From Tubulanus polymorphus (lineage: Eukaryota; Animalia; Nemertea): a DNA stretch of 64,000 nucleotides. The stretch covers positions 7,662,612-7,726,611 of the forward strand of contig NC_134036.1 of NCBI RefSeq assembly GCF_964204645.1, written 5' to 3'. Made by a program: the position numbers and the translations under genes. Positions 13,171 to 24,969 of this stretch are shown here, piece after piece (within the stretch, counting starts at the first letter, position 1; the number at the start of each line of letters is the position of its first letter). Under the pieces are notes generated by a model. It had not been told where the DNA came from and made no database searches. It saw only the letters and a program-made list of their open reading frames with translations.

Positions 13171-15067
13171 AAATGTGCTTTTCCCGTCGATTTGAGCGCG
13201 TTTTCGGATCGTCATTTTCATTTTTCCGATACGGGGAGAAGTTGATGAGAAAACGTCTTTTCTCGGGCTGAATGACGTTTTCGGGTCGAAAAGTGCTTTT
13301 CCTGACGATTTGAGCGCTTTTACGCATCGGCATTGTCGTTTTTCCGATAGGAGGAATATTCGATACGAAAACGTCTTTTCTCGCGCTGAACGACGTTTTC
13401 GCGTCGAAAAGTGCTTTTCCTGACGATTTGAGTCCTTTTACGCATCGGCATTGTCGTTTTTCCGATACGGAGAGAAGTTGATGAGAAAACGTCTTTTCTC
13501 GCGTTGAACGACGTTTTCGCGTCGAAAAGAGCTTTTCCTGACGATTTGAGCGCTTTTACGCATCGGCATTGTAGTTTTTCCGATACGGAGAGAAGTAGAT
13601 GAGAAAACATCTTTTCTCGCGCTGAACGACGTTTTCGGACCGAAATGTGCTTTTCCCGTCGATTTCAGAGCGTTTGGGCGTCGACATTTTCATTTTTCCG
13701 ATACGGGGAGAAGTTGATGAGAAAACGTCTTTTCTCGCGCTGAACGACGTTTTCGGACCGAAATGTGCTTTTCCCGTCGAATTGAGCGCGTTTTCGGATT
13801 GTCATTTTCATTTTTCCGATACGGGGAGAAGTTGATGAGAAAACGTCTTTTCTCGCGCTGAACGACGTTTTCGCGTCGAAAAGTGCTTTTCCTGGCGATT
13901 TGAGCGCTTTTACGCATCGGCATTGTCGTTTTTTCGACATGAGGAGAAGTTGATGAGAAAACGTCTTTTCTCGCGCTGAACGACGTTTTCGGACCGAAAT
14001 GTGCTTTTCCCGTCGATTTGAGCGCGTTTTCGGTTCGTCATTCTCATTTTTTCGATACGGGGAGAAGTTGATGAGAAAACGTCTTTTCTCGCGCTGAACA
14101 ACGTTTTCGGACCGAAATTTGCTTTTCCCGTCGATTTCAGAGCGTTTGGGCGTCGACATTTTCATTTTTCCGATACGGGGAGAAGTTGATGAGAAAACGT
14201 CTTTCCCGCGCTGAACGACGTTTTCGCGTCGAAAAGTGCTTTTCCTGACGATTTGAGCGCTTTTACGCATCGACATTGTCGATTTTCCGATAGGGGGAAT
14301 ATTCGATACGAAAACGTCTTTTCTCGTGCTGAACGACGTTTTTGGGTCAAAAAGTGCTTTTCCTGACGATTTGAGCGCTTTTACGCATCGGCATTGTCGT
14401 TTTTCCGATATGGGGAAAAGTTGATGAGAAAACGTCTTTTCTCCCGCTGAACGACGTTTTCGGGTAGAAAAGCGCTTTTCCTGACGATTTGAGCGCTTTT
14501 ACGCTTCGGCATTGTCGTTTTTCCGATAAGGGGAATATTCGATACGAAAACGTCTTTTCTCGCGCTGAACGACGTTTTCGCGTCGAAAAGTGCTTTTCCT
14601 GAGAATTTGAGCGCTTTTACGCATCGGCATTGTCGTTTTTCCGATAGGGGGAATATTCGATACGAAAACGTCTTTTCTCGCGCTGTACGACGTTTTCGGA
14701 CCGATATGTGCTTTTCCCGTCGATTTCAGAGCGTTTGGGCGTCGACATTTTCATTTTTCCGATACGGGGAGAAGTTGATGAGAAAACGTCTTTTCTCGCG
14801 CTGAACGACGTTTTCTGACCGAAATGTGCTTTTCCCGTCGATTCGAGCGCGTTTTCGGATCGTCATTTTCATTTTTCCGATACTGGGAGAAGTTGATGAG
14901 AAAACGTCTTTTCTCGCGCTGAACGACGTTTTCGGACCGAAATGTGCTTTTCCCGTCGATTTGAGTGCGTTTTCGGATCGTCATTTTCATTTGTCCGATA
15001 CGGGGAGATGTTGATGAGAAAACGTCTTTTCTCGCGCTGAACGACGTTTTCGGACCGAATTGTGCTT
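13171..15067 (+). repeat. Satellite B, 118-bp monomer, ~16 copies, with T-tracts
   Basis: GAAA(T/A)GTGCTTTT-type anchor recurs at 13170, 13288, 13406, 13524, 13642 and 13760 (118-bp period). Two main subtypes: ...GGACCGAAATGTGCTTTTCCCGTCG... and ...GCGTCGAAAAGTGCTTTTCCTGACG... Confidence 0.97.
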
Positions 15068-15073
15068 CGGACT

Positions 15074-16382
15074 ATCAGCAAAGCGTAGGTTGTCGACGAC
15101 TCAGCCTCCAACAGATATTGGTGAACTGTGCTCGGTGAGGGCCTCTTGCATGATGTTCTCAAGAAAGATGTTGCAGACGGTTGGTGACAGTAAGCAACCT
15201 TGTCGTACACCGACGGATGTTGGAAAACAGTCACTCAGTTCGCTTCCAAGTTGGACCATGCTCCTGGAGACCTTGTATAGAGATTCTATTGCATTGACAA
15301 TGCCTCTGCTGATGTTGAACTTCCTCATTACTGCCCACAGTCCGTCATGCCACACACGATCAAAGCATTTTTTGTAGTCGACAAAACTGTGGAACACTAG
15401 CTTTCCTAGCTCTCTATACTTCTCGCATATAATTCTCAGGTTAAATAATATATGCTCCGTGGTCGACCTGCCTCTTCTAAAGACAGCTTGTTCTTCAGCC
15501 AGAACGGCTTCAGCCTGCGGTTGTAGGCGATTGAGGAGCACCTTAAGAAGGATCTTGCTCGGGTGGATTATCAGGCTTATTATAGTTCTATAATTCTCGC
15601 ATCTCCTGGCACTTCCTTTCTTCTGGAGGGGACCACTAGTGACTTACACCAGTCCTCTGGTCATTCACCTGTTGCCATAACTTGGTTGCAAATGGTTGTG
15701 TACAACTTGATCAGAGTGGGACCACCATTTCTCAGTAATTCAGCTGGGATGCTGTCGACACCAGGGGATTTTTCTGCTTTTAGGCTTTTGACTGCTGCCT
15801 CGACTTCAGCCTCCAAGATCACTGGTTCTGAATCTCCATTTTCCTCAGCTGTCTGGTTCTTGAGTTCGTCGATAACTGCAGCTTCTGCTGTTATCGGATA
15901 GTTATACAGATCAGATCAGTACTCCCGCCAGCGACTTTGAGGTACATCTTCCCTCAAGCCACTGGCGTCCTTGACTTCTTTCTTCACCTCCTTGTTGATG
16001 CTTCTATGTGATTCTGCATCTTCAGGGGAATTGAAGCGCTTGGATTTGAGAAGTCTGCGAGTATCGCACTTGGCAAGTAGTTGTTGAGTCATCCAAGGAT
16101 GTTTGACCTTCTTCCTTCTACCAATGACCTCTTCTGCTGATTCTAGTATAACAGTTCTTGCTTTCACGCTGAGTTCTTGTGCAGTCTCTTCTAGTTCAAG
16201 CAAAGGGGCAAATCTTTCACCAATAGCAATTTGGAAGGCTTCCTTTACTTCAGGCGTATGTAGCCTCTCTAAGTTGAACTTGTACGTGCCATTGTTTCTG
16301 TTCGGTATATTCTTCAGCCTCAAAGTCATTGAAGCTAAGACAAGGTCATGGTCACTCCCTATGTCGGCCCCTGCCTGGGAAG
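15074..16382 (-). mobile_element. Non-LTR retrotransposon (RTE-like) ORF2 fragment: APE endonuclease C-terminus, linker and N-terminal part of the RT; pseudogenised
   Basis: The minus strand translates to FPGADIGSDHDLV (APE SDH motif), HPWMT..LL, RWREY*SDLYN, EVEAAVKSLKAEKSPGVDSIPAELL, LAEEQAVFRRGRSTTEH, FVDYKKCFDRVWH, GVRQGCLLSP and NLRFAD. It has several stops and frameshifts, an internal deletion near 15940, and is truncated at both ends. Confidence 0.95.
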
Positions 16383-18410
16383 TGAATATTATGATTATAG
16401 AAATGAAAATGTTATCAATCAGTTTTGTGACTTATTAATTGAATATGAAATGAAATTCAATGAATTATTAGATACTAATATAGAAATTATAATGACAGAA
16501 CAAGATAAAGAAGAATTTGATTTTGCAGATAAATGTAATTATTGTAATCAAGTATTCTATTCATCTGATAAAATAGTAAGAGATCTTGATCATTTGAATG
16601 GTAAATTTAGAGGTGCAGCACATGAGAATTGTAATTTACAAGCTAAGAAAATCAATTTTGTTCTAGTTATATTTCATAATTTATCAGGATATGATGCTCA
16701 TTTATTCATCAAGCAACTATGTTATAAAATAGAAGAAATCAATAATGAAATAGAAAGATTAAATTCAAATAGATCAAAAGATGTTGCTAAAATACCAACT
16801 TATAGATTTAAAATGTTAGCTAAAACATCTGAGATTTAAATATCTTTCCAATTTGGATGTCTAAGATTTATAGATTCATATACATTATTAAGTAGTTCAT
16901 TAGATGATTTATCAAAATCATTAGTTGGTGATGAATTAAAAATATTAAAACAACAATATCCAAATAATGATGATTTTCAATTAATGAAATATAAAGGCGC
17001 GATTCCATATTCATTTTATAAATCGCATAATGATTTTAACATAACTGAATTATTAAAAGAACAATTTTATGACGAATTAAGATCCGAATATGTTAAAGAG
17101 GGAGTTTATAATAGAACATTGAATATTTGGAATCATTTCAAAATAAAAACTCATGGACAATTAGTAGATTTATATTTAAAATCAGATGTATTATCATTTA
17201 CTGATATATTTGAAAGGTATAGAGATGTAAATCTAAAATATTTCAATATTGATCCATTTCATTCTTATTCGAGTCCATGTTTAACTTGGGATTGTGGTTT
17301 AAAATTTACAGTTATAAAAATGGATTTATTAACAAATATAGATCAATTATCATTATTTGAAAAATGTATAAGAGGAGGTATTTCAGGTGTATTAGGTGAT
17401 ACATATTTCAATGTAAATGATAATCCTGGATATAAGTTTCTATATATAGATGCAAATAATCTATATGGTTGGGCAATGATGGAACCACAGCCTTTTGGAG
17501 TATTTCAAATAACTGAAATTTTACAGCACGAAAATGTTGATAAATTTGATTAGAAGAAAATAATTCTAGATATTGCAGATGATTCACTTACTGGTTACTG
17601 TTTTGTTGTAGACTTGGAATATCCTGAACATAAAAAATTTAAATCTAGAAATCTAGCTTACTGCCCCGAACATAAAACTGTAACACAAAAAGGATTATCA
17701 AATTATCAAAAAAGAATTAAACCTGAAAATCATATTCATACAGAAAAGTTAATGGTAACTCAGGAAGGTATTATAGTTATGTAGTAGATTATAGAATTTT
17801 AAAATTCTATGTGAATTAAGGAATGATTCTAAAAAAGTATTTCATTTAGTCAATCTAAATGGTTAGAAAAATATATAGATTATAAACACCAAACAGAGAA
17901 AATATCAGAAATAGAATTGATATTGAGTTAGTAATGGTAAAAGAATTAGGAATTTACAAACATATCCTAAATTTATTGGTAACAGAATATTTGATGAGAA
18001 TTTAGCTGCAGTTAAAATGAGGAGAACTTCTATGAAATTTAATAAACCAATTTATGTTGGTGCTTCAGTTTGAGAAATATCAAAATTATTAATGTATGAA
18101 TTTTACTATAACGTATTACAACCTCATTTTGGAGAAAAGCATATTATAGAAATCTTATATTTTGATACAGATTCTTACATATTATTGATAAAAACTAATA
18201 ATATAACAGATGATTTACAAACATCAAAACATCATTTCGACTTTAGTTATTACCCTAAAAATCATGAATTGTTTAACAATGATAATAAAAAAGTTCCTAG
18301 GAAGTTAAAGGATGAATTAGGTGGTGAAGAAATGATAGAGTTCATTGGAATTCGATCTAATATATATACTTCAAGTTCAAAAGGGAAGAGGATAAAGAAA
18401 ATGAAATAAT
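16381..18410 (+). pseudogene. Polinton/Maverick (adintovirus-like) protein-primed family B DNA polymerase, degraded and 5'-truncated
   Basis: Motifs in order: CNYC...VRDLDHLNGKFRGAAHENCN (endonuclease VII-like), FHNLSGYDAHL, LRFIDSY, KGAIPY, YLKSDV, IRGGIS, YIDANNLYGWAM (motif A), FNKPIYVG, YFDTDS (motif C), KLKDE. Stops at 16837 and 17551, later frameshifts, motif B missing, very AT-rich. Confidence 0.93.
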
Positions 18411-18567
18411 GAACAGGGTTCTATACATGTAAATCAATTTTAGTAAAAAATATGTATAATAAATGGAACAATCACAAACTATTGATATTACAAATAGTAT
18501 ATTTACTATAATGAAATAATATAATAACGTGAATTGAATATTATAATCATAATAATTATAATCATAA

Positions 18568-18857
18568 TCGGAATATTATAATGATAAAACTCAGAAAGAT
18601 GGTAAGCAAAGTCATTGTAGAACTTGTGTTAAAGAAATGAATAAACAACATCGAGCAAATAATCCAGATTATCAAAAGGAATGGAGAGAAAATCACCCAG
18701 ATTATAACCCAGAATACTCGTGACAATGGTGAACAGATAATAGTTATCAAAAAGAAATCTTAATTTTGAATTGAAACAATTTTTAAGATCTAGATTATCA
18801 AAATTATTCAGTAAAGAAACGCATTCAGTTACACTATCTAATTTGTTAGATTGTTCT
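18568..18857 (+). pseudogene. Remnant of a viral/phage-type Zn-finger + HNH-family endonuclease gene (N-terminal part only)
   Basis: Manual translation from 18568 gives SEYYNDKTQKDGKQSHCRTCVKEMNKQHRANNPDYQKEWRENHPDYNPEYS*QW*TDN. After a frameshift near 18750 it reads NLNFELKQFLRSRLSKLFSKETHSVTLSNLLDCS. This resembles the KDG..CxxC / charged helix / LRSRL...LLGCS layout of large DNA virus and phage HNH proteins (recognised from memory, not searched). Confidence 0.6.
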
Positions 18858-19056
18858 CGATACCGGATACCCGTCTACGCCGAGAATTCTACGCCCGCCA
18901 GCCAGCCAGCCAGCCACGCACGCCATCAAAAAGGAAGAAAGCGCCGCCGTCAAGACGCGCTTTCGGCCGAAGCCCCGCTCGACGCCTCTCAGAAAGAAGG
19001 CAAGCCTCGAAAATTGCAAAGTTACTGACTCTGTTAAGACTCTGTAGACCGTTCTC

Positions 19057-19850
19057 GCCTAAGCGGAGACCAGTAACGTTAACGCAGCGACCAACTCCGT
19101 TAACGTGGGGACCGTAACCCAGCACGCAGATGCGGTCCGCCTAAGCGGAGACCGGTAACGTTAACGCGGCGACCAACTCCGTTAACGCGGGGACCGTAAC
19201 CCAGCACGCAGAGACTATCACCTTTTATGCGGTCCGCCTAGGCGGAGACTATAAACGTTAACGCGGCGACCAACTCCGTTAACGTGGGGACCGTAACCCA
19301 GCACGCAGATGCGGAGACCAATAACGTTAACGCAGCGACCAACTCCGTTAACGTTGGGACCGTAACCCAGCACGCAGATGCGGTCCGCCTAAGCGGAGAC
19401 CGGTAACGTTAACGCGGCGACCAACTCCGTTAACGCGGGGACCGTAACCCAGCACGCAGAGACTATCACCTTTTACCTTTTATGCGGTCCGCCTAGGCGG
19501 AGACTATAAACGTTAACGCGGCGACCAACTCCGTTAACGTGGGGACCGTAACCCAGCACGCAGATGCGGTCCGCCTAAGCGGAGACCGGTAACGTTAGCG
19601 CGGCGACCAACTCCGTTAACGCGGGGACCGTAACTCAGCACGAAGAGACTATCACCTTTTACCTTTTATGCGGTCCGCCTAGGCGGAGACTATAAACGTT
19701 AACGCGGCGACCAACTCCGTTAACGTGGGGACCGTAACCCAGCACGCAGATGCGGTCCGCCTAAGCGGAGACCAGTAACGTTAACGCGGCGACCAACTCC
19801 GTTAACGCGGGGACCGTAACCCAGCACGCAGAGACTATCACCTTTTATGC
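19057..19850. repeat. Array of 9 palindrome-rich subrepeats (periods 82, 97, 69, 82, 104, 82, 104, 82 bp)
   Basis: GCGGAGAC recurs at 19063, 19145, 19242, 19311, 19393, 19497, 19579, 19683 and 19765. Units carry CCGCCTA(A/G)GCGG and two CGTTAACG palindromes. Confidence 0.95.
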
Positions 19851-22800
19851 GGGTCCGAGCACGCAGAGCACCGCTAGATCAATTTGCGACAAGAGCCGCG
19901 ATTGTTACGACTTAATCTTAGACGCCGTTCGGCAGACCAGCGAAAGAGACCTTCCACCGACGGGAACTGCCAGGCAACGCCAGCGTACACTTCGGCGAAG
20001 CCAGACGCCCCGACGGCGGATTACGCATACCGACGAAGGCCCGAGTTGGACTCGGCCCGTCAGCACGCACCCCGCTCGATCCTTCTTCGGTCAATTTGCG
20101 ACGAGAGCCGCGATTGTTACGACTTATTTCTAGACGCCGTACCGTACGAGCGCGAACGCAAGTCCACAATATGGTCATAGCCGATACTCGATAACTCAAC
20201 CTAACGCGAAAACTTGGCGTTCGGAATTCGATCCATAGCGTTCGGGCCGACCCACAGGACAGCTTTGGTCTAGGTCGGACGGGGGTATAGGTCGGACGCG
20301 TACATTCGACGGTGCACAGCGAACGACCTTTTAGGAACACTCCTAGGGCACGAGTCATTGCATTGCACCCTCACTGCTCGGCGCGCCCATCATCGGTGCG
20401 AACTTACTCTCCCGAACGCGGACAAAAAACCTCACTACAGAAACGCGCGGCCCCACACGCACGAAAATCGAGGATAGTGGAAGGTAATCGAACATCCCGG
20501 ACGCCACCGCGGCGGCGGCGGCGACCAGCTCAGAGACGCGACCATGTAGAGTTTACGAACGACGCTCGACAACGAACGACGCCAGCACTCGTCAACAGAA
20601 AAAGCTTTGAGCGTCCGACCCCGCCGGAGCGGAGACGAACGCGCGAGCGACCACCGTATCCGACCTATCGAGTCCGTCCGCGTCTCTCGACGAGACAACG
20701 GACGCGCGCACCACCGCCGTTTTGAAGGAGGCTCCCGGAGGTAGCTTCCCGACCTGGCGAGGCGTCTTGCAGTTAGCGTATCCTACGGGGAAGGCCGCCG
20801 CGGACCGGTCATTGACCGGCCACGATCGACTGACGCAGTCGGAACGCGTACGCGAAACCGAACCGCCTGGGCACCTTCTCCACGTATATAGCAAAATCCA
20901 CTATAACCGTTCTCGTTCGAGACCTTGATACTCGGTGCTCTACACTTCCCTTTAAGTCTGGACTCCCTCATTTTTTTCAAAAATCTACACTTCTCGATGA
21001 CCGACCACGCGCACCGGCCCGCCACCCCAGCACGCAGATGCGGTCCGCCTAAGCGGAGGCCAGTAACGTTAACGCGGCGACCAACTCCGTTAACGCGGGG
21101 ACCGTAACCCAGCACGCAGACACTATTACCTGTTATGCGGGTCCGAGCACGCAGAGCACCGCTAGATCAATTTGCGACAAAGCCGCGATTGTTACGACTT
21201 AATCTTAGACGCCGTTCGACAGACCAGCGAAAGAGACCTTCCACCGACGGGAACTGCCAGGCAACGCCAGCGTACACTTCGGCGAAGCCAGACGCCCCGA
21301 CGGCGGATTACGCATACCGACGAAGGCCCGAGTTGGACTCGGCCCGTCAGCACGCACCCCGCTCGATCCTTCTTCGGTCAATTTGCGACGAGAGCCGCGA
21401 TTGTTACGACTTAATTCTAGACGCCGTACCGTACGAGCGCGAACGCAAGTCCACAATATGGTCATAGCCGATACTCGATAACTCAACCTAACGCGAAATC
21501 TTGGCGTTCGGAATTCGATCCATAGCGTTCGGGCCGACCCACAGGACAGCTTTGGTCTAGGTCGGACGGGGGTATAGGTCGGACGCGTACATTCGACGGT
21601 GCACAGCGAACGACCTTTTAGGAACACTCCTAGGGCACGAGTCATTGCATTGCACCCTCACTGCTCGGCGCGCCCATCATCGGTGCGAACTTACTCTCCC
21701 GAACGCGGACAAAAAATCTCACTACAGAAACGCGCGGCCCCACACGCACGAAAATCGAGGATAGTGGAAGGTAATCGAACATCCCGGACGCCACCGCGGC
21801 GGCGGCGGCGACCAGCTCAGAGACGCGACCATGTAGAGTTTACGAACGACGCTCGACAACGAACGACGCCAGCACTCGTCAACAGAAAAAGCTTTGAGCG
21901 TCCGACCCCGCCGGAGCGGAGACGAACGCGCGAGCGACCACCGTATCCGACCTATCGAGTCCGTCCGCGTCTCTCGACGAGACAACGGACGCGCGCACCA
22001 CCGCCGTTTTGAAGGAGGCTCCCGGAGGTAGCTTCGCGACCTGGCGAGGCGTCTTGCAGTTAGCGTATCCTACGGGGAAGGCCGCCGCGGACCGGTCGTT
22101 GACCGGCCACGATCGACTGACGCAGTCGGAACGCGTACGCGAAACCGAACCGCCTGGGCACCTTCTCCACGCATATAGCAAAATCCACTATAACCGTTCT
22201 CGTTCGAGACCTTGATACTCGGTGCTCTACACTTCCCTTTAAGTCTGGACTCCCTCATTTTTTTCAAAAATCTACACTTCTCGATGACCGACCACGCGCA
22301 CCGGCCCGCCACCCCAGCACGCAGATGCGGTCCGCCTAAGCGGAGGCCAGTAACGTTAACGCGGCGACCAACTCCGTTAACGCGGGGACCGTAACCCAGC
22401 ACGCAGACACTATCACCTGTTATGCGGGTCCGAGCACGCAGAGCACCGCTAGATCAATTTGCGACAAAGCCGCGATTGTTACGACTTAATCTTAGACGCC
22501 GTTCGGCAGACCAGCGAAAGAGACCTTCCACCGACGGGAACTGCCAGGCAACGCCAGCGTACACTTCGGCGAAGCCAGACGCCCCGACGGCGGATTACGC
22601 ATACCGACGAAGGCCCGAGTTGGACTCGGCCCGTCAGCACGCACCCCGCTCGATCCTTCTTCGGTCAATTTGCGACGAGAGCCGCGATTGTTACGACTTA
22701 TTTCTAGACGCCGTACCGTACGAGCGCGAACGCAAGTCCACAATATGGTCATAGCCGATACTCGATAACTCAACCTAACGCGAAAACTTGGCGTTCGGAA

Positions 22801-24890
22801 TTCGATCCATAGCGTTCGGGCCGACCCACAGGACAGCTTTGGTCTAGGTCGGACGGGGGTATAGGTCGGACGCGTACATTCGACGGTGCACAGCGAACGA
22901 CCTTTTAGGAACACTCCTAGGGCACGAGTCATTGCATTGCACCCTCACTGCTCGGCGCGCCCATCATCGGTGCGAACTTACTCTCCCGAACGCGGACAAA
23001 AAACCTCACTACAGAAACGCGCGGCCCCACACGCACGAAAATCGAGGATAGTGGAAGGTAATCGAACATCCCGGACGCCACCGCGGCGGCGGCGGCGACC
23101 AGCTCAGAGACGCGACCATGTAGAGTTTACGAACGACGCTCGACAACGAACGACGCCAGCACTCGTCAACAGAAAAAGCTTTGAGCGTCCGACCCCGCCG
23201 GAGCGGAGACGAACGCGCGAGCGACCACCGTATCCGACCTATCGAGTCCGTCCGCGTCTCTCGACGAGACAACGGACGCGCGCACCACCGCCGTTTTGAA
23301 GGAGGCTCCCGGAGGTAGCTTCCCGACCTGGCGAGGCGTCTTGCAGTTAGCGTATCCTACGGGGAAGGCCGCCGCGGACCGGTCATTGACCGGCCACGAT
23401 CGACTGACGCAGTCGGAACGCGTACGCGAAACCGAACCGCCTGGGCACCTTCTCCACGTATATAGCAAAATCCACTATAACCGTTCTCGTTCGAGACCTT
23501 GATACTCGGTGCTCTACACTTCCCTTTAAGTCTGGACTCCCTAATTTTTTTCAAAAATCTACACTTCTCGATGACCGACCACGCGCACCGGCCCGCCACC
23601 CCAGCACGCAGATGCGGTCCGCCTAAGCGGAGGCCAGTAACGTTAACGCGGCGACCAACTCCGTTAACGCGGGGACCGTAACCCAGCACGCAGACACTAT
23701 TACCTGTTATGCGGGTCCGAGCACGCAGAGCACCGCTAGATCAATTTGCGACAAAGCCGCGATTGTTACGACTTAATCTTAGACGCCGTTCGACAGACCA
23801 GCGAAAGAGACCTTCCACCGACGGGAACTGCCAGGCAACGCCAGCGTACACTTCGGCGAAGCCAGACGCCCCGACGGCGGATTACGCATACCGACGAAGG
23901 CCCGAGTTGGACTCGGCCCGTCAGCACGCACCCCGCTCGATCCTTCTTCGGTCAATTTGCGACGAGAGCCGCGATTGTTACGACTTAATTCTAGACGCCG
24001 TACCGTACGAGCGCGAACGCAAGTCCACAATATGGTCATAGCCGATACTCGATAACTCAACCTAACGCGAAATCTTGGCGTTCGGAATTCGATCCATAGC
24101 GTTCGGGCCGACCCACAGGACAGCTTTGGTCTAGGTCGGACGGGGGTATAGGTCGGACGCGTACATTCGACGGTGCACAGCGAACGACCTTTTAGGAACA
24201 CTCCTAGGGCACGAGTCATTGCATTGCACCCTCACTGCTCGGCGCGCCCATCATCGGTGCGAACTTACTCTCCCGAACGCGGACAAAAAACCTCACTACA
24301 GAAACGCGCGGCCCCACACGCACGAAAATCGAGGATAGTGGAAGGTAATCGAACATCCCGGACGCCACCGCGGCGGCGGCGGCGACCAGCTCAGAGACGC
24401 GACCATGTAGAGTTTACGAACGACGCTCGACAACGAACGACGCCAGCACTCGTCAACAGAAAAAGCTTTGAGCGTCCGACCCCGCCGGAGCGGAGACGAA
24501 CGCGCGAGCGACCACCGTATCCGACCTATCGAGTCCGTCCGCGTCTCTCGACGAGACAACGGACGCGCGCACCACCGCCGTTTTGAAGGAGGCTCCCGGA
24601 GGTAGCTTCGCGACCTGGCGAGGCGTCTTGCAGTTAGCGTATCCTACGGGGAAGGCCGCCGCGGACCGGTCGTTGACCGGCCACGATCGACTGACGCAGT
24701 CGGAACGCGTACGCGAAACCGAACCGCCTGGGTGCCTTCTCCACGTATATAGCAAAATCCACTATAACCGTTCTCGTTCGAGACCCAGATACTCGGTGCT
24801 CTACACTTCCATTTAAAGTCTGGACTCCCTCGTTTTTTCGAAAATTTACTCTACTCGACGACCGACCACGCGCACCGGCCCGCCACCCTT
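19750..24890. repeat. Four near-identical tandem copies of a 1287-bp GC-rich unit
   Basis: Matching ORF-track entries recur at 19918, 21205, 22492 and 23779 (1287-bp period). Each unit begins with one copy of the 82-104-bp subrepeat and has an internal ~50-bp duplication (TCAATTTGCGAC...AGACGCCGT). Confidence 0.98.
20884..20895 (-). promoter_or_regulatory. Candidate RNA Pol I spacer-promoter-like initiation motif (also at 22171 with one mismatch, 23458, 24745, 25593)
   Basis: Minus strand TTTTGCTATATACGTGGAGAAGG: TATA-like core followed by purine-rich sequence, once per long unit. Function is inferred. Confidence 0.4.
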
Positions 24891-24969
24891 CGCCCGCCCG
24901 GCAACTCTGGACAGTCTACCTCGAGGGCGAGGCGCCTCTCTACCGATTGCGAACGTCACCACCGTGAGC

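Noticed and set aside
1-15067. CRISPR-like regular repeats
   Set aside because: Whole monomers repeat with no unique spacers, there are no cas genes, and the context is eukaryotic.
16348-18410. Functional DNA polymerase or bacterial contaminant
   Set aside because: Stops, frameshifts and the missing motif B rule out function, and the ORF start at 16348 lies in LINE antisense sequence.
18500-18570. AAT-rich stretch as a Polinton terminal repeat
   Set aside because: Low-complexity sequence between two ORF remnants, with no AG...CT terminus or partner inverted repeat visible.
20860-20925. 5S-like words (ACCGCCTGGG, ACCGTTCTCGTTCGA) in the 1287-bp unit
   Set aside because: Wrong order and spacing for a 5S gene; likely chance.
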